A stretch of DNA of 61,736 nucleotides from a virus. This document shows, piece after piece, positions 18,704 to 27,791 of the stretch; positions within the stretch are counted from its first letter, which is position 1; each line of letters begins with the position of its first letter. The stretch covers positions 1-61,736 of IMG/VR virus record IMGVR_UViG_3300031454_000003; one strand, 5' to 3'. The notes below the pieces were generated by a model. That model had not been told where the DNA came from. It saw only the letters and a program-made list of their open reading frames with translations, and searched no databases. The position numbers and the translations under genes are program-made.

Positions 18704-20179
18704 TTAGTTTTCCACGGTTGGCTCCGGCGGTTCGGGTTCGTCGAGTTCTGCGCCCTCCTCCGCTATCTGTGCTTGCATCGCCGCAACGTCGGAAACGCCC
18801 ACACGCCGCATTGCCTCAGCTTCGGAAATGAACCCGGCTGTTCGCAGCTCTATGGTCATGCGCTGATCGTCGGGCGTCGGCGCAGCGGCCCATAACGTCA
18901 CCCGTCCATCAACGTCAGTATCGGCAAAGGCGTTCCGTCCGGTGTCAAGGTAGCTACCGAGCATGAGCGCCGTCTTGAGCGTCCAGTTTAATGCGAGCTT
19001 CACCTGCGTTACGGTCGGGCCTAAAGATGTTGTGAAATCCTGAAGGGCTTGTACCCGGGAAACCGCGCTGCTCGTCGCGTCGCCTAAGATGAGCCGGTGC
19101 TGCTGATTGCATAGCTCGAGAATGGCCTCACGGTGCGCCTTGATGTTCTCTAATAGCGGCTGTGAGCTGCTCACTCCCCGGTAGTTCATGCTCGGGGTTG
19201 TCAAGCTGCCATCGGGCAAGGTGATACCCGTGATGAAGTTAGACTGCCCGTTGCCAGCGATGTACGGCATCCGCTTGTAGACCTGTTCAATGCCTTCTTT
19301 ATTTCTCCGGCGCGGGCCGTCGTCGTTCGTATATCCGGCAGCGTCTACCCATTGTCCGGGCGGCATCCCGTTTAAGATGACACGCTCCTCAAACGCTGAC
19401 GCGCTGCTATGCCGATTGAGGTACGTCCATTGTGTGTTGAGGCCGTCCTGTTGGCTTACCACATCCTCAGTGATAAGCGGCGGGCGTGACATCTCGAATA
19501 TCGTCAGGTTGCCCGCTAGCGGATAGGTGGTTTCGGAGACGATGGTTTCAAAGTCAATCCCGCTGCGTATCTGCACAACGGTATCGTCACCGGAGATAGA
19601 GCGGCGCTTTTCGGAGCGTGTCCACTCTTCAGCCGCGAAGGTAGACTCTAGCGCGACCAACTCGAGATGAGGTTCGTCTTTTTGCAGCGCATGGTCATAA
19701 GCGCCGTAAGCGTACCAGCCTGCAATGATCTCGTCGTCCTCGTCGCGTAACATCCCCGCCGTACCGGGCCGGGGGTGTGTGAGCCGGACGGCTGTTTCTA
19801 AGACCGGCTCGAGTCCCGACGCTTTCGCCTGTCCCTGTTCGTTAAGCCCGCGCTTAGGGATGCGGAAGCGCAGAATAGAACTCGTTTCGTCGGGGGTACG
19901 TGTGGCCCATAGCAGCGGCAAACAGGCATCTTGTAACGTCTCCTGCACGCGCCGCCCGTAGTACCATCCGGTCAGCGCGTCGTTAGCCTCTACGTTCAGC
20001 GGCGCTAACTCCCAGTCAACCTCTTTGCCGACCACGGCGTTAACGTGCGTCCCCATGACTGACGAGAGCATGTTCTGTATCACGTAGTTCTGCCGGACAC
20101 GTCTCAGGCTCGCTTCATAGTCGGGATTGTCAGACTCGAGGCGCGGACCCGCCCAGTGTTCGCCGTTCTCACCGAACAT
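18704..20179 (-). CDS. portal protein (may extend to an ATC at 20269, see findings)
   Basis: 491-aa ORF directly downstream of the large terminase. Confidence 0.8.
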   Translation of the reverse strand: MFGENGEHWAGPRLESDNPDYEASLRRVRQNYVIQNMLSSVMGTHVNAVVGKEVDWELAPLNVEANDALTGWYYGRRVQETLQDACLPLLWATRTPDETSSILRFRIPKRGLNEQGQAKASGLEPVLETAVRLTHPRPGTAGMLRDEDDEIIAGWYAYGAYDHALQKDEPHLELVALESTFAAEEWTRSEKRRSISGDDTVVQIRSGIDFETIVSETTYPLAGNLTIFEMSRPPLITEDVVSQQDGLNTQWTYLNRHSSASAFEERVILNGMPPGQWVDAAGYTNDDGPRRRNKEGIEQVYKRMPYIAGNGQSNFITGITLPDGSLTTPSMNYRGVSSSQPLLENIKAHREAILELCNQQHRLILGDATSSAVSRVQALQDFTTSLGPTVTQVKLALNWTLKTALMLGSYLDTGRNAFADTDVDGRVTLWAAAPTPDDQRMTIELRTAGFISEAEAMRRVGVSDVAAMQAQIAEEGAELDEPEPPEPTVEN

Positions 20180-20300
20180 ACCCGCTTTTGTTCCGATAAA
20201 ATATGCGTAGAGCGTCGCAAAACGTTCTTCATCGGCGGCGCGGGTTTGAAAATAATCTTTAAGGGTGATGGTCGCACCTCCTTGGGATGACGGCTAAGAA

Positions 20301-21638
20301 CTAAAAACTAGGAAACGAATACGAAGCGGGGTAGTCGGTGGTGGGTTCGGGCTCGAGCAAATGCATGACCATGTACCGCACGCAGTCCACGCCGTCGTCA
20401 AACTCTTTCACGGGATGTTCTTTTAACGTCTCACCGCCTGCACCTTTAGCCCAGGTGTAACCCTCGATTTCTTCTTCGGTGCAAGTGGGGCCGTTACTGA
20501 GGTCGGTCGTCTCGTCTATGAGCAGCGGGTCACGCTCTACTAACGCGCCACGCATTAAGTAGAGGCGCGGCTTACCATCGTCAGCAATCGCTAAGCGGTC
20601 TAGGACGGCCTGTATGCCGGTAGTCACGGCTTTGTTTGCCGCTGTAGTTTTTATGTTGAGTTCCTGCTCGAGGGTCGCCCTGTCCTCAGCGTCATGATCG
20701 GTGATGGTCGCTTCTATTCGCTCACCTTCGCTTAGCCGCCTGATCTGCGCCGCGTGGTCTTTCACAGTGCGCTGCGTTTTATATATCTCGCGGTAGCGGT
20801 ACAGGCGACCGTCAGGGTCGAGCGCAAACCAGCTACAGACAAAAGGGTGAGTGAATCCGAAATCCACTACCCTAAACTTTCGCCAGTCGGCGGGGATAGG
20901 AAAGTTGTCTATAAGATGCACAGCGGCGTCGTAGTTCTCGAATACGACGCCCTCAGACGCTACCCACTTGCCATAGCGGAGGCGTTGCTTACGCGCCCCT
21001 GTGAGTTTGTCCAGACGCGCCATGTAAGAGACGCCGAACGGGGTCAGCTCGCCCTTTGCGGTGTAAAGACGCGGGTTCTCTTCGTGCCTGCTGAGTAGCC
21101 TGTGAGTCAAGGCCGCGTCCATACGTTTATTCAGCCAGTGCGAGGGCGGGCCGGGATTACAGTCCCCAAAAAGCTGCTGGTAGGGGATGACGCCGTTTCT
21201 AAGGCGCGTGCTTAAGAACTCCCAGTCATTCAGGGTTAGCTCGGTAGCCTCTTGCACGTAGATCACATCGAACTCGGCAGACATAAGCTTGACCGGATTG
21301 TCGATACCGGCCACGATGATCTCGGAACCGTTCGGGTATTCGTATGACTGCCTTACCCGCCGCTTTTGGTTCGTGGTGTCGCAGCCGGGTTTGACGTGTG
21401 CCTCGAACGTCACTAAAGCCGTCTCGGTTATCGCTGCCCTTGCTTTACGCACGATAGCAAGGCGGCAGCCGGGATACTTCTCGGCAAGGGCGTTAAGTTT
21501 CTCGAGTGCTACGCGACTCTTGCCAGTCCCTGCCGGACCGTCGAGCAGAAACTCGTCAAGCTTGCACCGTAAAGCAGCAAGTGCAGAGCCTCGGGGGAAG
21601 TAAACGTTTGCGTTTGTCGGTATAGCTCTAGAGATCAT
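20301..21638 (-). CDS. terL: terminase large subunit
   Basis: Walker A LLDGPAGTGKS, C-terminal nuclease-like half, ATG overlapping the end of the small subunit gene. Confidence 0.9.
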   Translation of the reverse strand: MISRAIPTNANVYFPRGSALAALRCKLDEFLLDGPAGTGKSRVALEKLNALAEKYPGCRLAIVRKARAAITETALVTFEAHVKPGCDTTNQKRRVRQSYEYPNGSEIIVAGIDNPVKLMSAEFDVIYVQEATELTLNDWEFLSTRLRNGVIPYQQLFGDCNPGPPSHWLNKRMDAALTHRLLSRHEENPRLYTAKGELTPFGVSYMARLDKLTGARKQRLRYGKWVASEGVVFENYDAAVHLIDNFPIPADWRKFRVVDFGFTHPFVCSWFALDPDGRLYRYREIYKTQRTVKDHAAQIRRLSEGERIEATITDHDAEDRATLEQELNIKTTAANKAVTTGIQAVLDRLAIADDGKPRLYLMRGALVERDPLLIDETTDLSNGPTCTEEEIEGYTWAKGAGGETLKEHPVKEFDDGVDCVRYMVMHLLEPEPTTDYPASYSFPSF

Positions 21639-22143
21639 CTTCAGACACGCCCACAAGGTATTTCAGGCCAACGTTGCCACTATGCTCAAGCTTGTCGGTG
21701 AACCGTCCGTGCAATTTTAGGATATCCACCAAGGCGCTCTGTGCGTCGTAAAGCTTAGCCTTGCGCTTAACCCGCATTGCACCGCCGTCTTTATCGTAGA
21801 CTTCGGTTTCCTCTAACTCTTTAATTAAGTGCGTGACGCCTAAAGCTCGAGCTTTATCTAAATCGAGGTTGTTATCTGCATCTATAAAGGCGCTCATGTC
21901 ACCCTTTGCGATACGACCTAACCTTGCTACAGCTTCATCTGCGCTCATCGCCGCTTCGGTTAAGTGCTCATCTATCAGTACACGAATCTTAGGGTTTCTT
22001 AGGTTGTCGTATCCTGTAACGCTTAAGGTACGATAGTCACCTTTGTAGCCTGCCGTTTGCGCCGCGTCGGTGGCATTGAACCCATTGGAAAGATAATTAT
22101 AAACGAAAAGGCGCTGCTTATCTGTCAATTGCGGTTTTGCCAT
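21628..22143 (-). CDS. terS: terminase small subunit
   Basis: MAKPQLTDKQRLFVYNYLSNGFNATDAAQTAGYK is a typical Terminase_2-type N-terminus. SD GGAGGGAGGTG. Confidence 0.8.
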   Translation of the reverse strand: MAKPQLTDKQRLFVYNYLSNGFNATDAAQTAGYKGDYRTLSVTGYDNLRNPKIRVLIDEHLTEAAMSADEAVARLGRIAKGDMSAFIDADNNLDLDKARALGVTHLIKELEETEVYDKDGGAMRVKRKAKLYDAQSALVDILKLHGRFTDKLEHSGNVGLKYLVGVSEDDL

Positions 22144-22175
22144 CACCTCCCTCCTCCAGAAAGTCTCGAGCCAAA

Positions 22176-22199
22176 GAAAAAGCCGCCCTTTCGGACGAC
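22176..22199 (-). terminator. intrinsic terminator just upstream of the small terminase SD
   Basis: Sense strand reads GGUCGUCC GAAA GGGCGGC UUUUUC. The two G.U pairs form only in the minus-sense RNA. Confidence 0.5.
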
Positions 22200-22255
22200 C
22201 GTAGCTACTTTTATAAGCCCACCTTAGCACATGAGTAACGATCTTGCTACAAAAC

Positions 22256-22777
22256 TCAGAACGCAGCCCAGTCTTCTCTGTACTCTCTTACTACCGCTCG
22301 CTTCCATATAGCGTTCATACAAAGACGTTCGGGGCGTCCGGTGCGGGCGTTCTGCCGGACGGTCAGGACTTCGGTATGGGTAACACCTTTAACCTTGCCC
22401 GCGTCGTTACGCTTGATGAGGTCGGTGTTGTCCTGCCGCACTATCCAGTAAAGCTGCCAGCCGGTAGCAAAGAACTCTCGCCATACCTCACCGTAGCCGA
22501 GGCCGTCAATCTCGCGCAAAGCATCAATATATTCTTGTTCCATGATTGACACTTCAAGGTGCTTATTCTGAAAAAAAGGATGCGGCGGGAGTAGGGCCGT
22601 AAGGTAACGCGGTGGTGAGCTGCCCTTGCCTCCCGGCAGCTGAAACGTCGGCAGTTCAAGCAGCAGCTCCGGCGGCAAACGTTTCCAACCTCCGGCTCGC
22701 AACTCGAATAGCAGCTCGTCGGCTGCCATGCGCTTCTCAAAAATCGTCAGCTCTAGGCGTTCAGCTGTCTGCGTCAT
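22256..22777 (-). CDS. hypothetical protein
   Basis: 173-aa ORF with an ATGA overlap with the upstream gene. Confidence 0.55.
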   Translation of the reverse strand: MTQTAERLELTIFEKRMAADELLFELRAGGWKRLPPELLLELPTFQLPGGKGSSPPRYLTALLPPHPFFQNKHLEVSIMEQEYIDALREIDGLGYGEVWREFFATGWQLYWIVRQDNTDLIKRNDAGKVKGVTHTEVLTVRQNARTGRPERLCMNAIWKRAVVREYREDWAAF

Positions 22778-23088
22778 TGCGCCTCGAGTACAGCTAGGTA
22801 GGCAGCAAGCAAAGCCTTGGCAGGTGTACAACTCACATAACCGTTACCTGTGTGCACAGTAGCTTCGTAAAGGGGGCCTTGGCTTGACAGTGAGCTATGG
22901 AGCCCTATGTACCAACCGCGCGCCTCTGCCGCCTCTTGCACAGCGGCTTGAATAACGGCGCGACCCACCCGGCCTGATGCGTGAACGTTTTGGGGTCCTT
23001 CGTTAAGCCATATTTGCACTGACATACTACGCACAAAACAACAGCGGCCCGGTTCTAGTTTTTCCCACAGCTCTAAAAGTTCAAGCAT
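22774..23088 (-). CDS. hypothetical protein
   Basis: 104-aa ORF with SD GAGGAG. Confidence 0.55.
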   Translation of the reverse strand: MLELLELWEKLEPGRCCFVRSMSVQIWLNEGPQNVHASGRVGRAVIQAAVQEAAEARGWYIGLHSSLSSQGPLYEATVHTGNGYVSCTPAKALLAAYLAVLEAQ

Positions 23089-23126
23089 CCAAACTCCTCA
23101 GCGCGTGTACACTCAACTCAAGCGCG

Positions 23127-23165
23127 CCCGTCCCCGCTCTGGCAAGCAAGGGACGGGAGTTTTTT
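23127..23165 (+). terminator. plus-strand intrinsic terminator-like hairpin in a minus-strand operon gap
   Basis: CCCGTCCC (15-nt loop) GGGACGGG ag TTTTTT. Confidence 0.4.
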
Positions 23166-23183
23166 GTTGGTCTAAAGGTTTCG

Positions 23184-23648
23184 TCAGACTCTCTCTAATG
23201 GAACCTTTTGGTACTCTTTGGGGGCCGCACGTGCTAGGAATGTTCTAGGCTCATCCTTATAATAAAAATCATTTTCGAGTGATGGCTGTATCTGAAAGTC
23301 AATATTGAGCCCTGTGTAGTTGCATAGGCTGTCACCCTGCTTAACGCACTCACTTCCCCAACGTAACCGTAAAGCTGTCCACTCACCTGTGCGGCCCTCT
23401 TGCATCCACTGATGAGCAGCGGCCTCTTCGGGCAGGAGAGAACCCCACTCGATGTTTAACTCGGCTGCAAAAATCTGATAGAACGTGCGGTGTGTCATCA
23501 CTACCCGCACATCCCAGTCTCGAGGGTTTTCTGCCTTGAGCGCCGAGCCGACAAGAAACACGGGTGAGCGATAGCGCACAGAGGTAAGGCGACTTCGGGC
23601 GTGCAGTATTTTCCGCTTTTTAGGGTCGAGCTTTTCATAGGCGTTCAC
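23184..23648 (-). CDS. minimal Pol-beta-fold nucleotidyltransferase
   Basis: VFLVGSALKAENPRDWDVRVV fits hG[GS]-x8-DxD, with a later NIDFQI acidic residue. GTGA-coupled start. Confidence 0.5.
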   Translation of the reverse strand: MNAYEKLDPKKRKILHARSRLTSVRYRSPVFLVGSALKAENPRDWDVRVVMTHRTFYQIFAAELNIEWGSLLPEEAAAHQWMQEGRTGEWTALRLRWGSECVKQGDSLCNYTGLNIDFQIQPSLENDFYYKDEPRTFLARAAPKEYQKVPLERV

Positions 23649-23806
23649 TTTTTGCCTCCATCCCCGAAGCCCCTTTTAACAATCTCTGCCGCCTCCCTCT
23701 GCCCGTGAAACTCCAGGACGCCGATGATGGAGAGGAGGAGGGCGCGGCGGTAGCGGTCTTGTTGGGCGGTGCGCTGCGCGGGTTGGACGGGTTGGGTAGG
23801 AGTCAC
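23645..23806 (-). CDS. small ORF (53 aa), not on the ORF track
   Basis: GTGA overlaps at both ends link it into the gene chain. Confidence 0.35.
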   Translation of the reverse strand: MTPTQPVQPAQRTAQQDRYRRALLLSIIGVLEFHGQREAAEIVKRGFGDGGKK

Positions 23807-24108
23807 AGCTCTCGCCCCTCCGAGACCGCAGCCCGCACGATCTCAACCTGCCGCCGCAACTCATCGTGGGCCTCGTCTAAAGATCTTTGGGATGCTACTA
23901 GAGCAAATTCCAAATCTTCTTTTTCCCGGTTGGCAAGGTAAAGGCGATACTCGAGCCAGCCCTCACGTTCGCGTACGTCGCGCAATGTCGTTTCGTCGTC
24001 CGCGAAAGCTTCGGCCTCATAACACGCCTCGGTTAAATCGTTGGCCTCAAGCGTCCGCACGCTTTCTCGGTCTGTAGTGTCTTGATAAAAAGCTATGTAG
24101 TTTTTCAC
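23803..24108 (-). CDS. hypothetical acidic protein
   Basis: 101-aa ORF in the chain. Confidence 0.6.
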   Translation of the reverse strand: MKNYIAFYQDTTDRESVRTLEANDLTEACYEAEAFADDETTLRDVREREGWLEYRLYLANREKEDLEFALVASQRSLDEAHDELRRQVEIVRAAVSEGREL

Positions 24109-24425
24109 AGTCTCGCCTCCAGAAGTCTCTTAATGGTTTCTTTGGCCTTACCGCTCATAATCTGACCCGTAGTGAATCGAAGAACGACCCAACCGAGAAC
24201 AGCCGCCTCCGCATATTTTTCGCAATCGCTCTCAAAACCCTTGCCAGTGACGTGTCTCCCGCCTGAGTAAGTCGCCCCCTCGCACTCGACTAAAAGTTTG
24301 TGGTCAAGCTCGACAAAATCTGCCCTCCAGCGCCGGGTAGGGTGAAAAGTGTGTTCAGAGACCCAGGTTGTACCTTCGATTTCTCGCAAATGGGCCTCGA
24401 GCAAAGCCTCACCGGGACTTCTCAC
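24105..24425 (-). CDS. Vsr/DUF559-like endonuclease-fold protein
   Basis: FHPTRRWRADFVELDHKLLVECEGATYSGGRH..D..KYAEAAVLGWVVLRFT. Confidence 0.55.
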   Translation of the reverse strand: MRSPGEALLEAHLREIEGTTWVSEHTFHPTRRWRADFVELDHKLLVECEGATYSGGRHVTGKGFESDCEKYAEAAVLGWVVLRFTTGQIMSGKAKETIKRLLEARL

Positions 24426-24706
24426 GAGTCGTTTACCGGGCTAAGAAACTTCTTAAACCGTCTAATCCACTCGCCATTATCATCCTTGACCTCCTCCGAA
24501 AACTCCCTTAGTGGGCGGGCGTGAAGAGTCCGCCAAGGCTCTGCCAAATCCCGGTAGAGAACAACTTGGGTCAGGTTGTCACACTCCGCGTCCGTATACA
24601 TGGCGAAACCTGAAACTTTGTAAAGCGCCCCCTTCCAATGGCGCATGATCATTCCAATTTGTGGCAGCCCCTCTGCGGTCAAGCGAACTGTGCGCGACTC
24701 TCTCAT
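24422..24706 (-). CDS. DUF1653-like protein
   Basis: RHWKGALYKVSGFAMYTDAECDNLTQVVLYRDL...ARPLREF. Confidence 0.55.
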   Translation of the reverse strand: MRESRTVRLTAEGLPQIGMIMRHWKGALYKVSGFAMYTDAECDNLTQVVLYRDLAEPWRTLHARPLREFSEEVKDDNGEWIRRFKKFLSPVNDS

Positions 24707-25077
24707 GGCCCCTCCCTATCCTCTACCGACTCGGGCTCTACAGCAGGGTCTTCGGCATCAGCCCAATCACCTTGACTCACCGCAGTCGTTTCACCTGTGG
24801 GCGGGTCGTCTGAGGCGTCGGGTGTGGGGGCGGGCTGATACTTAGGGAATACCGGCTCACCTTCCTCGGCTATCCGCATCGCTGCCGTCGCTACCTGTAC
24901 CGCTTCTCTGTAGACATCTTCAGAAGAAACACCATGCCCGTACTCCTGCTCTAGCAGAGCATTAGCAAGCTCGCCCACTTCCTCCATAAGGGCGGGTAAT
25001 AGGTGCCGTCCGTTCGGAAACTTTGCCCTAGCCTTCTGGACCTCTATCGCAACATCATCCAGAAATTCACTAGCCAT
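24703..25077 (-). CDS. MazG-like nucleotide pyrophosphohydrolase
   Basis: LLPALMEEVGELANALLEQEY ... REAVQVATAAMRIAEEG. SD GGAGGAG. Confidence 0.65.
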   Translation of the reverse strand: MASEFLDDVAIEVQKARAKFPNGRHLLPALMEEVGELANALLEQEYGHGVSSEDVYREAVQVATAAMRIAEEGEPVFPKYQPAPTPDASDDPPTGETTAVSQGDWADAEDPAVEPESVEDREGP

Positions 25078-25408
25078 TAGCTCCTCCTTCCTCCGCCGTG
25101 GTCTCACCTTGTGGTGTGGGCTGCTGGGCGTCCGGTGTAGTGAGGGTTTCTTTTGCCCCGGCTTTTAGAGTCTCTGCCATTCGGTAAAACGTTTTTTGAT
25201 CTATGTCTGGCAACTCTGCGGTGAAGCTATAAGCAGCTCTAAATGCCCCTATAAGCTTCTCGGCCTCCGCAAGTGTTAAGCGGGGTAAATCTTCAGCCTC
25301 CGGTTTGATAGCAGGGTCGGGCGGGCGCTCGTAAGACGACAGCCGGGAGAGTTCAGCCCAGAGCGGGGCGCGGCGGGCGAAGTAGCCGGGGGCGTACAAG
25401 GCACTCAC
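25070..25408 (-). CDS. hypothetical protein
   Basis: GTGA overlap with the HNH gene stop. Confidence 0.5.
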   Translation of the reverse strand: MSALYAPGYFARRAPLWAELSRLSSYERPPDPAIKPEAEDLPRLTLAEAEKLIGAFRAAYSFTAELPDIDQKTFYRMAETLKAGAKETLTTPDAQQPTPQGETTAEEGGANG

Positions 25409-26091
25409 ACGAGGCTCCAAGTTCTGCCGAGTTTAATTGCACTGATTGCCGATTGAGTGACGTTAAATCTTTTAGCTATTTCTTTTTGCGTAATTTTTTC
25501 GTTCAAAAGGTCTCGAATTTGAACAACATCTTTTTTGGACAGTTTTGAAAGATTACATTCTTCAGCCAAGGGGATATAATTACGCCCCTTAGCGAGCATG
25601 TCCTTGATGTTATCAAGCTGCGTACCAAGCCATAAATGTTCAGGGTTGACACAGCGGGGGTTATCGCAGGTATGGCAGACAAAAAAAGCGCCCGGCTCTT
25701 CTCCGTGAGCGAGGTAGTAACTGTAACGATGTGCTTTTAAGTTTTTCCCCGCCAGTTTGAAATACCCATAACCATTTGGCTGAAGAGCTCCCCTCCAAAG
25801 CCAGCAAGTGTCAGTTTTTTCTACTTTGCTCCAAAATCTTTTTTCATCGTTACCGATGATTGTTCCGATTTCTAGAGTTCCATTATTTGTAAATCTGCTG
25901 TAATGCTTAGAGCAAAAGCCCTTACCCCGGTGCTTGCTTTCGCAACCTTCAACTGAGCAAGATTCTCGAAAACTACTTTCAAGCTTGCCTGTGCGCTTTA
26001 CCCGCGCATAATGTTTGCCACACAATCCTTTTGCTAGATACTTGTCCTCACACCCATCAACAGTGCAAGTACGAACAGGTATACTTCCCAT
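25405..26091 (-). CDS. HNH endonuclease, family B (HNH_3-like plus C-terminal HTH)
   Basis: CWLWRGALQPNGYGYF..AHRYSYYLAHGEEP..VCHTCDNPRCVNPEHLWLGTQLDN and ITQKEIAKRFNVTQSAISAIKLG. Confidence 0.8.
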   Translation of the reverse strand: MGSIPVRTCTVDGCEDKYLAKGLCGKHYARVKRTGKLESSFRESCSVEGCESKHRGKGFCSKHYSRFTNNGTLEIGTIIGNDEKRFWSKVEKTDTCWLWRGALQPNGYGYFKLAGKNLKAHRYSYYLAHGEEPGAFFVCHTCDNPRCVNPEHLWLGTQLDNIKDMLAKGRNYIPLAEECNLSKLSKKDVVQIRDLLNEKITQKEIAKRFNVTQSAISAIKLGRTWSLV

Positions 26092-26116
26092 TGCAGTCAC
26101 CTCCAGTGGTTGTCGC

Positions 26117-26164
26117 GTCCGGGAGGTGCTGATACACCGAGTCCCGGACACTTCTATAATATCA
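26117..26164 (-). promoter_or_regulatory. private HNH promoter (TGaTATTAT) plus nested leader hairpin
   Basis: GTCCGGG ACTC GGTG tatcag CACC T CCCGGAC, followed by GGAGGT and ATG. Confidence 0.55.
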
Positions 26165-26186
26165 CAATTTGCCGTGCTAGACAGCA

Positions 26187-27101
26187 TTAGTTTAGCCTTC
26201 CTCTCTGTAGATTTAACTCATCGTTCCAGTCCATTCCTGGGATTGCGGGTATGTAGACCTTAACGTTTCTCCCTTGTCTGCTAAAACGTTGCGCTGCGGC
26301 GTAGGCCGCAAGCTGACCTGCAAACTCGGTTGTGCTGTCTTCATCCCCGAAAATGGTGACGTTGCGGATGCTTTCAGGCAGCTCTACAGTCTCGAGGCCG
26401 AATGCTGAGACGCACGCCCACACCGGTAGGTTGAAAAGCTCGGCGGCGGCGGCGGCGGTCTCTATTCCTTCGGCTAATCCAACCTCACTAGCGGCAGTCC
26501 ATAACCGTACTGCCGCCCCCTTAATGGTTGTCGTCGGCGTCATCGTCCTTTTCGGATCGGGTATCACTGCCTTGCGATTGCCCTCCAGAAACGTCCTGTG
26601 TATGGACACGGCCTTACCGCTCACGTTTTGCAGAATGCCGAGCATGGCTGGAAACGTCCTGCCCTCAGCCCGTAAGCCAGGGTGAAAGCGCAAACCGGTA
26701 GGTAAACGGGATAGACCTCTTGCCCGTAGGTACTGGTGAGCCTGGTCGCCATGCTTTACCGGGTGTGAACCTAGCCAGATGCGGTTGAGTGCTTTCGCAG
26801 GATCGCGTTTAGGCTGAAACCTGACTTTTTCGGGTACACCTAAGACGCGCTCGACCTCGCGGGCAGTGCGCTTGAAGTCCCATGAGTTGAGAGACATAAG
26901 CAAATCGAAGCCGTCATGAGGGCCACACGCACGGCAGTAGTAGGTGCCGCGTCCCTCGAGGTCGGTAAACGACGCCCGGTCGTTGCCACCGCACAGCACA
27001 CACGGGCGGTTAGGTTTAGATAACGCCGACTCGGGTACGCCTAGCTGAGTAAGTACGTGCAGCCAATGCCCGCTCGCGGCTTCTTTCGCGGAAGTTGTCA
27101 A
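26187..27101 (-). CDS. DNA primase (zinc-ribbon plus Toprim type)
   Basis: CVLCGGNDRASFTDLEGRGTYYCRACGPHDGFDLL, later Toprim-like GLAEGIETAAA ... IFGDED. Confidence 0.7.
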   Translation of the reverse strand: MTTSAKEAASGHWLHVLTQLGVPESALSKPNRPCVLCGGNDRASFTDLEGRGTYYCRACGPHDGFDLLMSLNSWDFKRTAREVERVLGVPEKVRFQPKRDPAKALNRIWLGSHPVKHGDQAHQYLRARGLSRLPTGLRFHPGLRAEGRTFPAMLGILQNVSGKAVSIHRTFLEGNRKAVIPDPKRTMTPTTTIKGAAVRLWTAASEVGLAEGIETAAAAAELFNLPVWACVSAFGLETVELPESIRNVTIFGDEDSTTEFAGQLAAYAAAQRFSRQGRNVKVYIPAIPGMDWNDELNLQRGRLN

Positions 27102-27769
27102 AACAACCGCCCCGCAAACTCTAAGGGAGTTTTTGCACTCTTACTTTGGTTGCACCAAGCGCATGAACACACAATATTTTCAGGGCCGTTAGAGCCGCCT
27201 CGAGCAAGGGCTATCACATGATCAACGTGGAACTTACCTTTGCCGGACTTTTTTAGTTTGACGCCACACCACCAGCAACGGCCTTTTTGAGCCTCACACT
27301 GCTTTGCAACATCTAACGCAGTGTGAACACCGCCAACACTTTTAACCCGAGAGCGCCGCTTGCGAGTATTCGCTAAGCCCTCTTCGGGTCGGTCACGCCA
27401 GTACTGGCGGTTTTTTTCACGAAGAGCCTCACGGTTTGCCTCACGGTACTTCGCTTTATGCTCAAGGTTTCTGACAGGGTTTGCTTGCACCCAGCGTACA
27501 AGCCTTTCGGCAGCTGCTTCAGGGTTTTCAAGCTGATACTTTGAGCGTGTTGCCCGAGCCCGCTCAAGGTTGTTTTGATACCAAGCGCGCTCTTTTGCTT
27601 TGCACTTTTCGAGGTTATTCTCTCTGTAAGCTTTATCCGAAAGGGACTTGCAGGTTTTACAAGAAGGGCTCAGGCCATCTCGCTTTTGACTGTTTCGAAC
27701 GAAAAACTCAGGAGTAGGGGGTTTAGAAACGCCGCACTTAGTGCAGACCTTTTCAGGTACAATACCCAT
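27098..27769 (-). CDS. HNH endonuclease, family A
   Basis: QKGRCWWCGVKLKKSGKGKFHVDHVIALARGGSNGPENIVCSCAWCNQSKSAKTPLEFAGRLF. Confidence 0.85.
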   Translation of the reverse strand: MGIVPEKVCTKCGVSKPPTPEFFVRNSQKRDGLSPSCKTCKSLSDKAYRENNLEKCKAKERAWYQNNLERARATRSKYQLENPEAAAERLVRWVQANPVRNLEHKAKYREANREALREKNRQYWRDRPEEGLANTRKRRSRVKSVGGVHTALDVAKQCEAQKGRCWWCGVKLKKSGKGKFHVDHVIALARGGSNGPENIVCSCAWCNQSKSAKTPLEFAGRLF

Positions 27770-27791
27770 TGCAGACCTCCGCGTCTGTCGT

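Noticed and set aside
22244-22549. 101-aa plus-strand ORF opposite 22256..22777
   Set aside because: It has no SD or promoter and lies antisense to an ORF that is ATGA-coupled into the operon.
23676-24077. Three overlapping Arg/Pro-rich track ORFs on both strands
   Set aside because: They are shadow frames of 23803..24108 and of the GTGA-coupled 53-aa ORF, and their composition is implausible.
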